A stretch of 64,000 bases of DNA from Verrucomicrobiota bacterium (GTDB lineage Bacteria > Verrucomicrobiota > Verrucomicrobiia > Limisphaerales > PALSA-1396): the NCBI GenBank assembly GCA_016200005.1, contig JACQFP010000006.1, positions 216,929 to 280,928 of the forward strand, read 5' to 3'. The stretch's first letter is position 1; each line of letters starts with the position of its first letter. The notes below the pieces were generated by a model, which worked only from the letters and a program-made list of their open reading frames with translations, was not told the DNA's origin and searched no databases. The translations under genes and the position numbers were made by a program. Positions 36,717 to 46,778 of this stretch are shown here, one piece after another.

Positions 36717-37261
36717 GGTGGCGGGTGATTGGTGATCGGTGATGGGGGGTCGGTGATCGGTGACTCGGCGAGCAACGCGTCGGAACACGACAGGTCATCG
36801 TCGTTCACGCGGTAAGGGACAGAGTCTTCCCGCAAACCGAGGTTTGCGCCGGTTTTGCTTTCGCGCAGATAGCGGATATAGCCGTTAATCAGACGCAACA
36901 CGCTGGCCGCTTCCGCTTTGAGTCCTGCAACCTCGGCCGGGGTCAGATAGCCCTCGTCCTCGCAAGTGTTGAGGTCGTCAACAAGTTCCGACACCGAGCC
37001 TCTGGCGATCAGCACGAAACGGATATTGTCCGCGTAATGATACCGGCCATGCCCTTCAGCAACGTTATTGGTGACGGACAACGCGGCCTTGCGCATTTGC
37101 GGATTCAACACAAACTTCTCCGTGTCCAGCAACGACTTCGCGACACGGTACATCTTCTTTCGAAACTCTCGTGCCGTCCGATAAAGTTCCAAATCTTCAA
37201 ATGAGCCGTATCTTGTCGTTGTCTGTTCCATAACCATTTCAGTGTGTCGTAGGTTCACCAA
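36713..37261 (-). CDS. four-helix-bundle protein (23S rRNA intervening-sequence protein family)
   Basis: FEDLELYRTAREFRKKMYRV...QMRKAALSVTNNVAEGHGRYHYADNIRFVLIARGSVSELVDDL. Its C-terminal tail is encoded by GATCGGTGA-type repeats, and its stop overlaps the coxL-like ATG (ATGA). Confidence 0.8.
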   Translation of the reverse strand: MVNLRHTEMVMEQTTTRYGSFEDLELYRTAREFRKKMYRVAKSLLDTEKFVLNPQMRKAALSVTNNVAEGHGRYHYADNIRFVLIARGSVSELVDDLNTCEDEGYLTPAEVAGLKAEAASVLRLINGYIRYLRESKTGANLGLREDSVPYRVNDDDLSCSDALLAESPITDPPSPITNHPPP

Positions 37262-37282
37262 TCACAAATTAGCGATTACCGA

Positions 37283-37762
37283 TCACTTCTCCACCCGCGC
37301 CATTTTCTTCGCCGCGTATTCGATTGCATCAACAATGTGCGAATAGCCGGTGCACCGACAGAGGTTGCCTTCAATCCCATGGGCAATTTCATCGCGCGTG
37401 GGTTTGGGATTGCGTTGGAGCAATTGGACGCCGCTCAGAATCATGCCGGGCGTGCAATAACCGCACTGCAACCCGTGACATTCCCAGAAACCTTCCTGGA
37501 CCGGGTGCAACTGGCCGTTGCGGGCGAGTCCCTCGATGGTGGTGATCTGCGAACCATCCGCTTGAACGGCCAGAAGGGTGCATGACTTCACGGCTTGGCC
37601 ATCCATCAACACGGTGCAGGCGCCGCAGATGCTGGTTTCGCAGCCGATGTGAGTGCCGGTCAGGTTGCAGTGATCGCGCAGAAAATGGACCAGCAGCAGG
37701 CGGGGTTCGACTTCGTGCTGATGCTGAACTCCGTTGACGGTGATGTTGACAAGACTTTTCAT
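37283..37762 (-). CDS. (2Fe-2S)-binding small subunit (CoxS-like)
   Basis: [12 protein letters not shown] and CGYCTPG cluster motifs. Confidence 0.9.
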   Translation of the reverse strand: MKSLVNITVNGVQHQHEVEPRLLLVHFLRDHCNLTGTHIGCETSICGACTVLMDGQAVKSCTLLAVQADGSQITTIEGLARNGQLHPVQEGFWECHGLQCGYCTPGMILSGVQLLQRNPKPTRDEIAHGIEGNLCRCTGYSHIVDAIEYAAKKMARVEK

Positions 37763-37918
37763 GAAAACGCATCCACGTTGATTGCCCGTCGTCAGGTAAC
37801 GGGCTGACTATAATCCTGCGCCCCGGCGTTGCAACGGGAAAAATTGCGCGCGACGCGCAGAAATATCCCCTTGCCAAATCGAGCCGGACGATTTTCAATA
37901 TCCGGGGTTCAGGGAGTT

Positions 37919-37994
<76 letters not shown>

Positions 37995-38145
37995 CTTCAA
38001 CCTCCGTTCACTTTTCATCCACTCGTCGACTATTGACAGCTTGGCAGGTCAATCCGGCCGTGTAGTTTCCTCGGTGTGCGTCTGCGCGAGTCTCTTTTCA
38101 AATGTTGCGTCTGCCACGCTTTGAAATACCATCGGTGCCAGACTC

Positions 38146-40281
38146 ATGATTTGGATCGCCCCATCCGAAAAGGACACCGACAACGCCGCACTCGAAAAAC
38201 GCCTCTGGGACGCCGCTGACCAGTTCCGCGCCAACTCCGGCCTCAAGTCCCAGGAATACTCCGCGCCCGTCCTCGGCCTCATCTTCCTGCGCTTCGCCGA
38301 GGTTCGCTTCGCTGCCCAGCGCGCCAAGCTGGAGAAAGCCAGCGCCTCCGCCCGCCGTGGATCACGGCTGGATGAACCCGCCGCCTATCACGCCGAGGGC
38401 ATCCTCTATCTGCCCGCCGAAGCGCGGTTCGATTACCTGCTCAACCGCCCCGAAGCCGAGAACATCGGCGCGAAGGTCAATGCCGCCATGCGCGACATCG
38501 AGAAGCACAACCCGCAACTCGCTGGCGTCCTGCCCAAGACCTACAACCTCTTCACCAGCACCCTGCTCAAGGAACTACTCAAGAAAGTCTCCGAGATTCC
38601 CGCCTCGCTGGACTACGACGCCTTCGGGCGCATCTACGAATACTTCCTCGGCGAGTTCGCCATGAGCGAGGGTCAGGGCGGCGGCGAATTTTACACCCCC
38701 AGCAGCATCGTCCGCCTCCTCACCGAAGTGATTGAACCCTATCACGGGCGCATCCTCGACCCCGCGTGCGGTTCGGGCGGCATGTTCGTCTCCTCCGCGC
38801 GCTTCGTCTCCGAGCACAAGCGGCAAGCTGCCGCTGGCAAATCTTCTCCCTCGCCCCTCGGAGGGGAGAGGGCCGGGGTGAGGGGTGAAAACTATTCCGG
38901 TGATCCATCCAAAGAACTCTCCATCCACGGCGTCGAGAAAACCGACGAAACCGGCCGCCTCTGCCGCCTGAACCTCGCCGTCCACGGCCTCGAAGGCGAA
39001 ATCAAACACGGCGGCAACATCAACAGCTACTACGACGACCCGCACGACGCCACCGGCCGCTTCGACTTCGTCCTCGCCAACCCGCCGTTCAACGTCAACG
39101 CCGTGGACAAGGAGCGGTTGAAAGACATGGTCGGCCCAGGCCGCCGCTTCCCCTTCGGCCTGCCGCGCACTGACAACGCCAATTACCTCTGGATTCAACT
39201 CTTCTATTCTTCGTTGAAGAATGGGGAGGCCGGAACTTCCGGCGGGCGGGCCGGCTTCGTCATGGCCAACTCCGCCTCCGACGCCCGCTCCTCCGAACAG
39301 GAACTCCGCCGCCAGCTCATCGAAAGCCGCGCCGTGGACGTGATGGTCGCCGTCGGCCCGAACCTCTTCTACACCGTCACGCTCCCCTGCACCCTCTGGT
39401 TCTTCGACAAGGGCAAGGGCAAAAGTGGGCGCACCGACTCGGTGCTGTTCATTGATGCCCGCCACATCTACCGGCAGGTGGACCGCGCGCACCGCGAATG
39501 GACGCCCGCGCAGATTGGCTTCCTCGCCAACCTCGTCCGCCTCTATCGCGGCGAAGCCCTCGACTTCACATTGGGTGGCGAAGAAGCGAAGGCCAAAATC
39601 CTTGAAGTGTTCGCCACCCAACCCTCACCCCATCCCTCTCCCAACGGGAGAGGGGGCTACAAGTTTGCCGGATTGGTCGAACGTGGTCGGGAATTGCGAA
39701 AGAAGCAGACGCCAGCCGAGGCGGTCCTGTGGGAAGTGTTGCGTGACCGGCAGTTTGAAAATCTGAAATTCCGGCGGCAACATCAGGCGGGCGATTACCT
39801 CGTGGATTTCTTCTGCCACGAACACAGCCTCGTCGTGGAGGCTGACGGCGACGTTCACGATGCTGGCTATCAGAAGAAGCACGACAAGAAGCGCGATGCA
39901 TGGCTGCGAGGACAGGGGTTCACGGTCCTGCGTTTTCGCAACGAGGACATCTTGAACGATCTTGAATCGGTGCTCGGGAAAATCGCCGCCGCTCTCCCTT
40001 CTCCCGCTGGGAGAAGGGCCGGGGATGAGGGTGACTGCAAGGTCGCGTATCGCGATGTTGCAGGCTTATGCCGCGCCGCCACGCTCAAGGAAATCGAAGC
40101 GCAAGGCTGGTCGCTCAACCCCGGCCGCTACGTCGGCGTGGCCGCCGGCGAAGCCGTGAGCGACGAGGACTTCAAGGAACAACTCGAAACGCTGAACGAG
40201 GAACTCGAAACCCTCAACGCCCAAGCGCGCGACCTCGAACAAACCATCGCCGGCAACGTGGCGGAGATTCTGGAGGCGTGA
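38146..40281 (+). CDS. hsdM: Type I restriction-modification methyltransferase subunit HsdM, carrying two in-frame insertions
   Basis: HsdM_N ([13 protein letters not shown]), AdoMet motif [11 protein letters not shown], catalytic ANPPFN, C-terminal [25 protein letters not shown]. At 711 aa it is longer than I expect for HsdM. Inserts at 38844-38887 and 39622-40031. Confidence 0.9.
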   Translation: MIWIAPSEKDTDNAALEKRLWDAADQFRANSGLKSQEYSAPVLGLIFLRFAEVRFAAQRAKLEKASASARRGSRLDEPAAYHAEGILYLPAEARFDYLLNRPEAENIGAKVNAAMRDIEKHNPQLAGVLPKTYNLFTSTLLKELLKKVSEIPASLDYDAFGRIYEYFLGEFAMSEGQGGGEFYTPSSIVRLLTEVIEPYHGRILDPACGSGGMFVSSARFVSEHKRQAAAGKSSPSPLGGERAGVRGENYSGDPSKELSIHGVEKTDETGRLCRLNLAVHGLEGEIKHGGNINSYYDDPHDATGRFDFVLANPPFNVNAVDKERLKDMVGPGRRFPFGLPRTDNANYLWIQLFYSSLKNGEAGTSGGRAGFVMANSASDARSSEQELRRQLIESRAVDVMVAVGPNLFYTVTLPCTLWFFDKGKGKSGRTDSVLFIDARHIYRQVDRAHREWTPAQIGFLANLVRLYRGEALDFTLGGEEAKAKILEVFATQPSPHPSPNGRGGYKFAGLVERGRELRKKQTPAEAVLWEVLRDRQFENLKFRRQHQAGDYLVDFFCHEHSLVVEADGDVHDAGYQKKHDKKRDAWLRGQGFTVLRFRNEDILNDLESVLGKIAAALPSPAGRRAGDEGDCKVAYRDVAGLCRAATLKEIEAQGWSLNPGRYVGVAAGEAVSDEDFKEQLETLNEELETLNAQARDLEQTIAGNVAEILEA
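38844..38887. repeat. family A ([11 protein letters not shown]) hairpin element inserted in-frame in hsdM
   Basis: TTCTCCCTCGCCCCTCGGAGGGGAGAGGGCCGGGGTGAGGGGTG, with inner stem CCCTCGCCCCTC/GAGGGGAGAGGG plus the right outer arm GGGGTGAGGGG. Translated as [16 protein letters not shown] between motif I and the rest of the methylase core. Confidence 0.75.
39622..40031 (+). mobile_element. inverted-repeat-bounded DUF559 (Vsr-like endonuclease domain) cassette inserted in-frame in hsdM
   Basis: Left end CCCTCACCCCATCCCTCTCCC (39622-39642), right end GGGAGAAGGGCCGGGGATGAGGG (40009-40031), imperfectly inverted. The interior encodes [58 protein letters not shown]...[17 protein letters not shown]. 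Boundaries are +/- a few nt. Confidence 0.7.
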
Positions 40282-40283
40282 CG

Positions 40284-41512
<1,229 letters not shown>

Positions 41513-41516
<4 letters not shown>

Positions 41517-44062
41517 ATCCGAAATCCAGTCCGCTTGGTTCAATCTGGCGAAAGTGGGATTTGCACTTTCACACGCCGGCTTCTTACGACTACGGTCACA
41601 AAGGCGCGACCAACCAGGAAATCGTTGACGGGCTACTCAAGGCCGGCATTGAGGTCGTTGCCATCACCGACCATCACCGAATCGACACGGCACGAGTCTT
41701 AGAACTTCAGAAGCTGGGAGGCGAAGACCTTACGGTGCTGCCAGGGATCGAGTTGAGGTCAGAGTTGGGCGGCAGCGACTCGGTTCACTTCATCGGCATC
41801 TTTCCTGAAGACTCCGATCTAGTGGACCTGTGGACGAAGTTGTCCGGCAAGCTCAATATCACTGAAGCAGAGGTGGCCAAGCGCGGAGACGACACGATCT
41901 ATTGTCCGTTCGTCGAAACGGCAAATGTGATACACGAACTAGGCGGCTTGGTGACCGTGCATGCTGGAAAGAAATCGAATTCTATTGAGGGCCTCAAGAA
42001 CACCGACTACATCAAACAGATTATCAAAAAGGATTTGGTCAGGGAGTGCATTGACATCTACGAGGTCGGCGATGCCACCGACATCCAAAGTTACCTTGAA
42101 AAGGTGTTCCCGCACCTTGACCGGCCAATCCCGCTGATTCTGTGCTCGGACAATCATGACATTCGGGGCTATTCGACGAAGTGCCCGCTTTGGATTAAGG
42201 GAGACAAGTCATTCGAGGCGCTGCGACAAACACTTTTTGAGCCGTCGTGTCGCGTTGGTGTTACACCGGATAAACCGCTGAAGCCGCTGTTGCGGGTGGA
42301 CCGCGTCACCTTGGATTTTCCTGCTGAAACCGAGCTGGTTTCGGAGTTTAACGGGGAAGAACGTCGCGACGCATTCTGCTTCAGAGGAAAGGCTGCGGTG
42401 GTTTTTAGTCCGTATCTCACTTGTTTGATCGGGGGAAGAGGTTCAGGCAAGAGCACTCTGCTAAATCTGATTCATGAGAAACTTGAGCGGGGACAGAACA
42501 AGTTTTTCGCTGCAAATCATCTTGCCCCACAGCCAGACGCTTCAGTCGCCACCTGTGTTCAGATTGACGGTGACACCGCAAAGAAGGTTGTCGAGTTCTT
42601 GCAGCAAAACGAAATCGAGGGCTTCGCCACCGACCCCTGGCGTTTCACGGAAGCCGTCTTTTCTAGGCTCGTGAAGCGGGACGAGGAGGGCAAACTCAAC
42701 GCGGTTAACGCTGAGTTGGCCGCCGCGTTATCCGCAACGGCTGAACAGGCGAAGCGATTACAGGAGCACACCGATTTGGTGTCACGGCTCGCAGATGCGG
42801 AGAAGGAATTAGTATCCAAGAAGGCGTTGATTGCCTCGTTCCAGAACGAAGAATACAAACGCATCAACGACGAGATGGGTAAGTTAAGCCAAGAACTCCA
42901 AGGCTTGCGAATCTGGAGGGAACGGCTTGAAGCGCTGAAGAACGACCTCAACAATTTGCCGGAACATCACAGCCATCCGATATCCGAGAACCCTAACGGC
43001 TACGAAAAAGAATTTCTGCGAATACTTGGTGTCGTCCAAGGCGCTGTGCAGCCACCTCAACCAAGTGCGGAGATGGCTGCGGCTGCCAGTCGAGAGGCTG
43101 ACTTAAACGGCCAAGTTGCCGCACTGAAAGAAAAACTCGACGCATTCCTCAGAGGGCGAGGGCTTTCGCAGGAGAATCTTGCCGATGTGGGAAAGGCAAA
43201 TCAAAGAGCTGCGCAACTGGAGCATGAGCTGCCCTCACTCAAGGCAAGAACCCAAACACTCGCCGCGCAAATCTCGGCCTTCCGGGCGCGGCGAGACTTG
43301 CCAGAAAAATACTCTGGCGCGGTCCAAGCGCTCCTCGCTCCGATTAACAATGCACTCAGGAATCTGAGCAAAGAAGTTAAACAAATCGAGTTGCACTATG
43401 AATTTGATTACGGCGCGTGTCGCCAGACGCTGATTGAACACATTCAGGATGTGTTGGGCGATGCAGGCGTCCGGATTGACCACGTCGAAAGCATGTTGCA
43501 GGACGTTGACCTGTTCCGTTTGGACAGCCGAGAAAAGTTCCTTCAAAGAATCTCGGACGCACACAAAACCGGTAAGGCCATCCGCGAGTGCTACTCGATT
43601 CCGCTGCGGTTCGACCTTCTGCGCATCGAAGTTGAACGGCAGTTGCTCGAAGTTGGAGGCTTTGGCCGTTTCCGAGTGCTTTATGACAAGAAGCCAGTCG
43701 AAAACACATCGTTCGGCCAGCGATGCACCGCGGCCATCGTCGTGCTGTTGATACTAGGGAATACACCAATCGTGATCGACGAGCCAGAAGCGCACTTGGA
43801 CAGCGCGCTCATTGCGAATTACCTGGTCGAGCTCGTGAAGAGCAAGAAGGTCAACCGCCAGATTATTTTCGCGACCCACAATGCAAACTTCGTGGTCAAC
43901 GGTGACGCCGAGCTGATCCACATTTTGGAGATGGGGGACGACAAGCAATCCAAAATCGTGAGCACAACTATCGAAGACCTGTCCCACCGCTCCGAGTTGC
44001 TTCGCCTCGAAGGTGGGCCAGAAGCTTTCTTGAAGCGCGAACACCGTTACGGCATCGCATAG
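41513..44062 (+). CDS. PHP-domain phosphoesterase fused to a Rad50/SMC-like ABC ATPase with coiled-coil insert (candidate R-M-embedded defence effector)
   Basis: PHP ligand motifs DLHFHT, ITDHH, GIE, VHAG, SDNHD in aa 1-250. Walker A GGRGSGKST (aa 307-315), ~230 aa of helical/heptad-like sequence, SFGQR, Walker B IVIDEPEAHLD (aa 753-763), FATHN. The ATG overlaps the hsdS stop (ATGA). Confidence 0.8.
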
Positions 44063-44072
44063 AACCCAAGCC

Positions 44073-44936
44073 ATGCCCCACGCCTACACCGAAGACCAGC
44101 TTGTCGAGCAGCCCGCCATCGGGTTGTTCGCGGAGCTTGGCTGGGCCGTGGCAGTGCCACCTCCCAATGCCGGCGTGGCCGGCGAGCCGCGTGACGCCGG
44201 GTTGCTCGGGCGCGAGACGAAGGGCGAGGTGGTATTGGTGTCCCGGTTGCGCGCGGCGTTGGAGCGGCTCAATCCCGCGCTGCCGCCCGAGGCCATCACC
44301 GCCGCCGTGGACGAATTGACCCGCGACCGTTCGGCCATGAGCCTGGAGGCGGCGAATCGCGAGGTGTATCGGTTGTTGAAGGAGGGGATTCCCGTTTCCG
44401 TGCTGGATGCGGAATCGACACCTCACCCCGGCCCTCTCCCCGGTCGAGGCGGAGAGGGTGCGAGCCGCACGGGAAATCACGGTGCGCTGGGGACAGCACG
44501 CCCTACCAAGGGAGGTCAGACCAGTGTCCGGGTGCGGGTGATTGATTGGGAGCATCCGGCGAACAATGGTTTCCTGCTGGTCAGCCAGTTCAGCGTCACG
44601 GGCGCGCTCTACACCTGCCGCCCGGATTTGGTCGGCTTCGTCAACGGCCTGCCGCTGGTGGTCATCGAGCTGAAGCAGCCCGGCGTGCCAGCGCGTGCGG
44701 CGTTCGACGAGAACCTGACGCACTACAAGGCGGAAATACCGCAGCTCTTTTGGTTCAACGCGCTGCTCATCGCCTCGAACGGCACGGAGAGTTGTCAGTC
44801 ACCTGTCTTCAAGCGGCGATTCTTTGGCTCGCCAAGAAACCCGACCGGCCATCCACTGTGCCTTCTTCCACTACGCACGCCGGAATCGCGTTGCGATTTT
44901 GCAGAACTCGATGCGCGATTTCTTCCATCGTCGTGA
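44073..44936 (+). pseudogene. hsdR: truncated Type I restriction subunit HsdR (N-terminal nuclease domain only)
   Basis: MPHAYTEDQLVEQPAIGLFAELGW..., with the PD-(D/E)xK core RPDLVGFVNGLPLVVIELK. Family-like sequence stops after ...LLIASNGTES (aa 240, nt ~44792). The remaining 47 codons are antisense to arnD. No helicase motifs were seen anywhere downstream. Confidence 0.8.
44421..44464. repeat. family A hairpin element inserted in-frame in hsdR remnant
   Basis: CCTCACCCCGGCCCTCTCCCCGGTCGAGGCGGAGAGGGTGCGAG, with left outer arm, inner stem CCCTCTCC/GGAGAGGG and a degenerate right arm. Translated as PHPGPLPGRGGEGAS. Confidence 0.7.
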
Positions 44937-45726
44937 AGGTAACGCCCGTTTGCTTCGCTGCCGTCACGAGTTGTTCGAACAGTTCTGCCTTCTGCATCCC
45001 TTCAATTTCGGCGTGAATGGTCAGGACATTCGGTAACTCCGACCTGAGCAAGCCAAGATAGTGAGCGACGATGGAGTTTTCCGGGAAATCAGGACGGCCA
45101 AGCAATTCGTCCAGCGTCGGCAGCGTCGTTGGAATTTGTAACGTCCGAAAAGTTTTCCCGTTCACTTGCGGAAAGAATGGAAATGCGCCCCGGCAGTCGC
45201 TGCCGTAGAGAAGTTGCTGTTCGTCATAGACCTGAAAACTGCTGGCGTTGGCCTGCCAGCCCGCTGCGCCTGCTGCCTGCGGATGCTCGCCGAAGATGCG
45301 TTCAAACTCCGCGACGGCGCGACCGAACTCTGCGCGCGTTTCTTCCAGCGAAAGGCGATGGAGATAATCCTGCCAGCGGAAATGGTCATAACAATGAATG
45401 CCGGCAGCGAATCCATCGGCTTTGACGGCGCGCAAAACGGATTCGTTGCGTTTCCCGATCTGCGGTGCGGGCAGGAGTGTGCCGGAGAGGAGCGTGCGCC
45501 AGCCGTAAAGTTGGGTGACGCGGGTGCGGGTGACTTTTTTTAGGAAGCCCGGACGGAAGACCCGTCGAATCGCCTTGCCGGTGTTGTCCGGGCCAAGGCT
45601 AAACAGAAACGTGGCGGGCACGGAATGGCGTTTGAGGATGGCGACGAGCGCGGGAACGCCTTCGCGCGTGCCGCGGTCGGTATCGACATCGATCTTGATG
45701 ATGAGTTGAGGCGCTTCGGACTTCAT
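44809..45726 (-). CDS. arnD: polysaccharide deacetylase family, ArnD-like deformylase
   Basis: LIIKIDVDTDRGTREGVPALVAILKRHSVPATFLFSLGPDNTG. The start ATG shares one nt with the upstream stop (TGATG). Last gene of the arn-type operon. Confidence 0.8.
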   Translation of the reverse strand: MKSEAPQLIIKIDVDTDRGTREGVPALVAILKRHSVPATFLFSLGPDNTGKAIRRVFRPGFLKKVTRTRVTQLYGWRTLLSGTLLPAPQIGKRNESVLRAVKADGFAAGIHCYDHFRWQDYLHRLSLEETRAEFGRAVAEFERIFGEHPQAAGAAGWQANASSFQVYDEQQLLYGSDCRGAFPFFPQVNGKTFRTLQIPTTLPTLDELLGRPDFPENSIVAHYLGLLRSELPNVLTIHAEIEGMQKAELFEQLVTAAKQTGVTFTTMEEIAHRVLQNRNAIPACVVEEGTVDGRSGFLASQRIAA

Positions 45727-46778
45727 CAACGCGTCTGCATTTTGTTCAGCTCGTAGTTTGTATTTCGCAGATGATAGTCGAGTGTCAACTTGAGGGCGGT
45801 GCGCAGGTCGGTGGTGGGTTTCCAGCCGAGATGTTTTTCGGCTTCCTTGATGGAGGGCACGCGATGGGCGATGTCCTGGTACGCTTCGCCGTAGTATTCG
45901 CGTGAATCGACGTCAATCAGTTGAATCTTTTCCGCGTTGTCACGGTATTCCTCGTAGTCTTTCAGCAGCTCGATGATGAGTTGAGCCATCTCCTTGATTG
46001 AATAGTTCATGTAGGGATTGCCGATGTTGAAGATGCGCTGTGAGGCGGCCTGGTCTTTGTTCTCGATGATGCGCACCAGGCAATCCACGCCGTCGTCGAT
46101 GAACGTGAACGAGCGTTTCTGCTGGCCGCCATCCACCAGTTTGATCGGCAGCCCATTGATGATGTTGTGAATGAATTGTGTGACAACGCGCGAACTGCCT
46201 TCCTTCGGCTCGTTGATGTCGTCCAGCTTCGGCCCGATGAAGTTGAAGGGGCGGAACAGAGTGTAGTCGAGGTTCTCCTTGTCGCCGTAAGCGAAGATGA
46301 TGCGGTCGAGGAGTTGTTTGATGCAGGCGTAAATCCAGCGTTGCTTGGGAATCGGGCCGAGGACGAAATTGGTCGTGTATTCGTCGAACTCCTTGTCCAT
46401 CGACATGCCGTAGATTTCGGAGGTGGAGGGAAAGATCAGGCGCTTCTTGTATTTCACGCACTTGCGGATGATTTCCAGGTTCGCCTCGAAATCCAGTTCG
46501 AAAACGCGGATCGGGTCGCTCACGTAAAGTCCGGGCGTGGCGATGGCGACCAGCGGAATGACGACGTCGCATTTCTTGAGATGGTATTCGATCCATTCGC
46601 GGTTGATGGTGATGTCGCCTTCAAAGAAATGAAAACGCTCATGGCCGAGGCAATGCGTGAGTTTGTTGGTGGCCATGTCCATGCCGAAAACCTCCCAGTC
46701 TTTGGTGGTGAGAATATTCCAGGCAAGGCTGTTGCCGATGAAGCCGTTGACGCCGAGGATGAGAATTTTTTGGCTCAA
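45726..46778 (-). CDS. arnA: UDP-glucuronate decarboxylase (ArnA C-terminal dehydrogenase domain as a separate gene)
   Basis: SQKILILGVNGFIGNSL Rossmann motif, SDR body with STSEIYG...Y..aK pattern. The only plausible start is TTG at 46778, overlapping the formyltransferase stop (TTGA). The upstream part of ORF 45726..47039 is Arg/Gly-rich out-of-frame sequence. Confidence 0.75.
   Translation of the reverse strand: MSQKILILGVNGFIGNSLAWNILTTKDWEVFGMDMATNKLTHCLGHERFHFFEGDITINREWIEYHLKKCDVVIPLVAIATPGLYVSDPIRVFELDFEANLEIIRKCVKYKKRLIFPSTSEIYGMSMDKEFDEYTTNFVLGPIPKQRWIYACIKQLLDRIIFAYGDKENLDYTLFRPFNFIGPKLDDINEPKEGSSRVVTQFIHNIINGLPIKLVDGGQQKRSFTFIDDGVDCLVRIIENKDQAASQRIFNIGNPYMNYSIKEMAQLIIELLKDYEEYRDNAEKIQLIDVDSREYYGEAYQDIAHRVPSIKEAEKHLGWKPTTDLRTALKLTLDYHLRNTNYELNKMQTR

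Noticed and set aside
37995-38145. Looked for an integrase gene or att-like direct repeat next to tRNA-Phe
   Set aside because: There is no ORF with recombinase motifs between the tRNA and hsdM or at the distal end. No obvious copy of the tRNA 3' end was seen by eye, though this needs a computed search.
38575-39621. 348-aa minus-strand ORF inside hsdM
   Set aside because: It is antisense to HsdM, which carries the DPACGSGG and NPPF motifs. It is a Gly/Ala/Val/Glu-rich shadow ORF.
40068-40283. Upstream extension of the hsdS ORF (72 Arg-rich codons overlapping hsdM)
   Set aside because: It overlaps the hsdM 3' end in another frame. The ATG at 40284, 2 nt after the hsdM stop, gives a typical HsdS N-terminus.
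42700-43430. Zinc-hook (CxxC) in the coiled-coil region of the PHP-ATPase, as in Rad50/RloC
   Set aside because: No CxxC motif is present in this segment, so the Rad50 analogy is limited to the split ABC head with a helical insert.
43968-44723. 251-aa minus-strand ORF over the PHP-ATPase/hsdR junction
   Set aside because: It is antisense to two recognisable genes and has no motifs.
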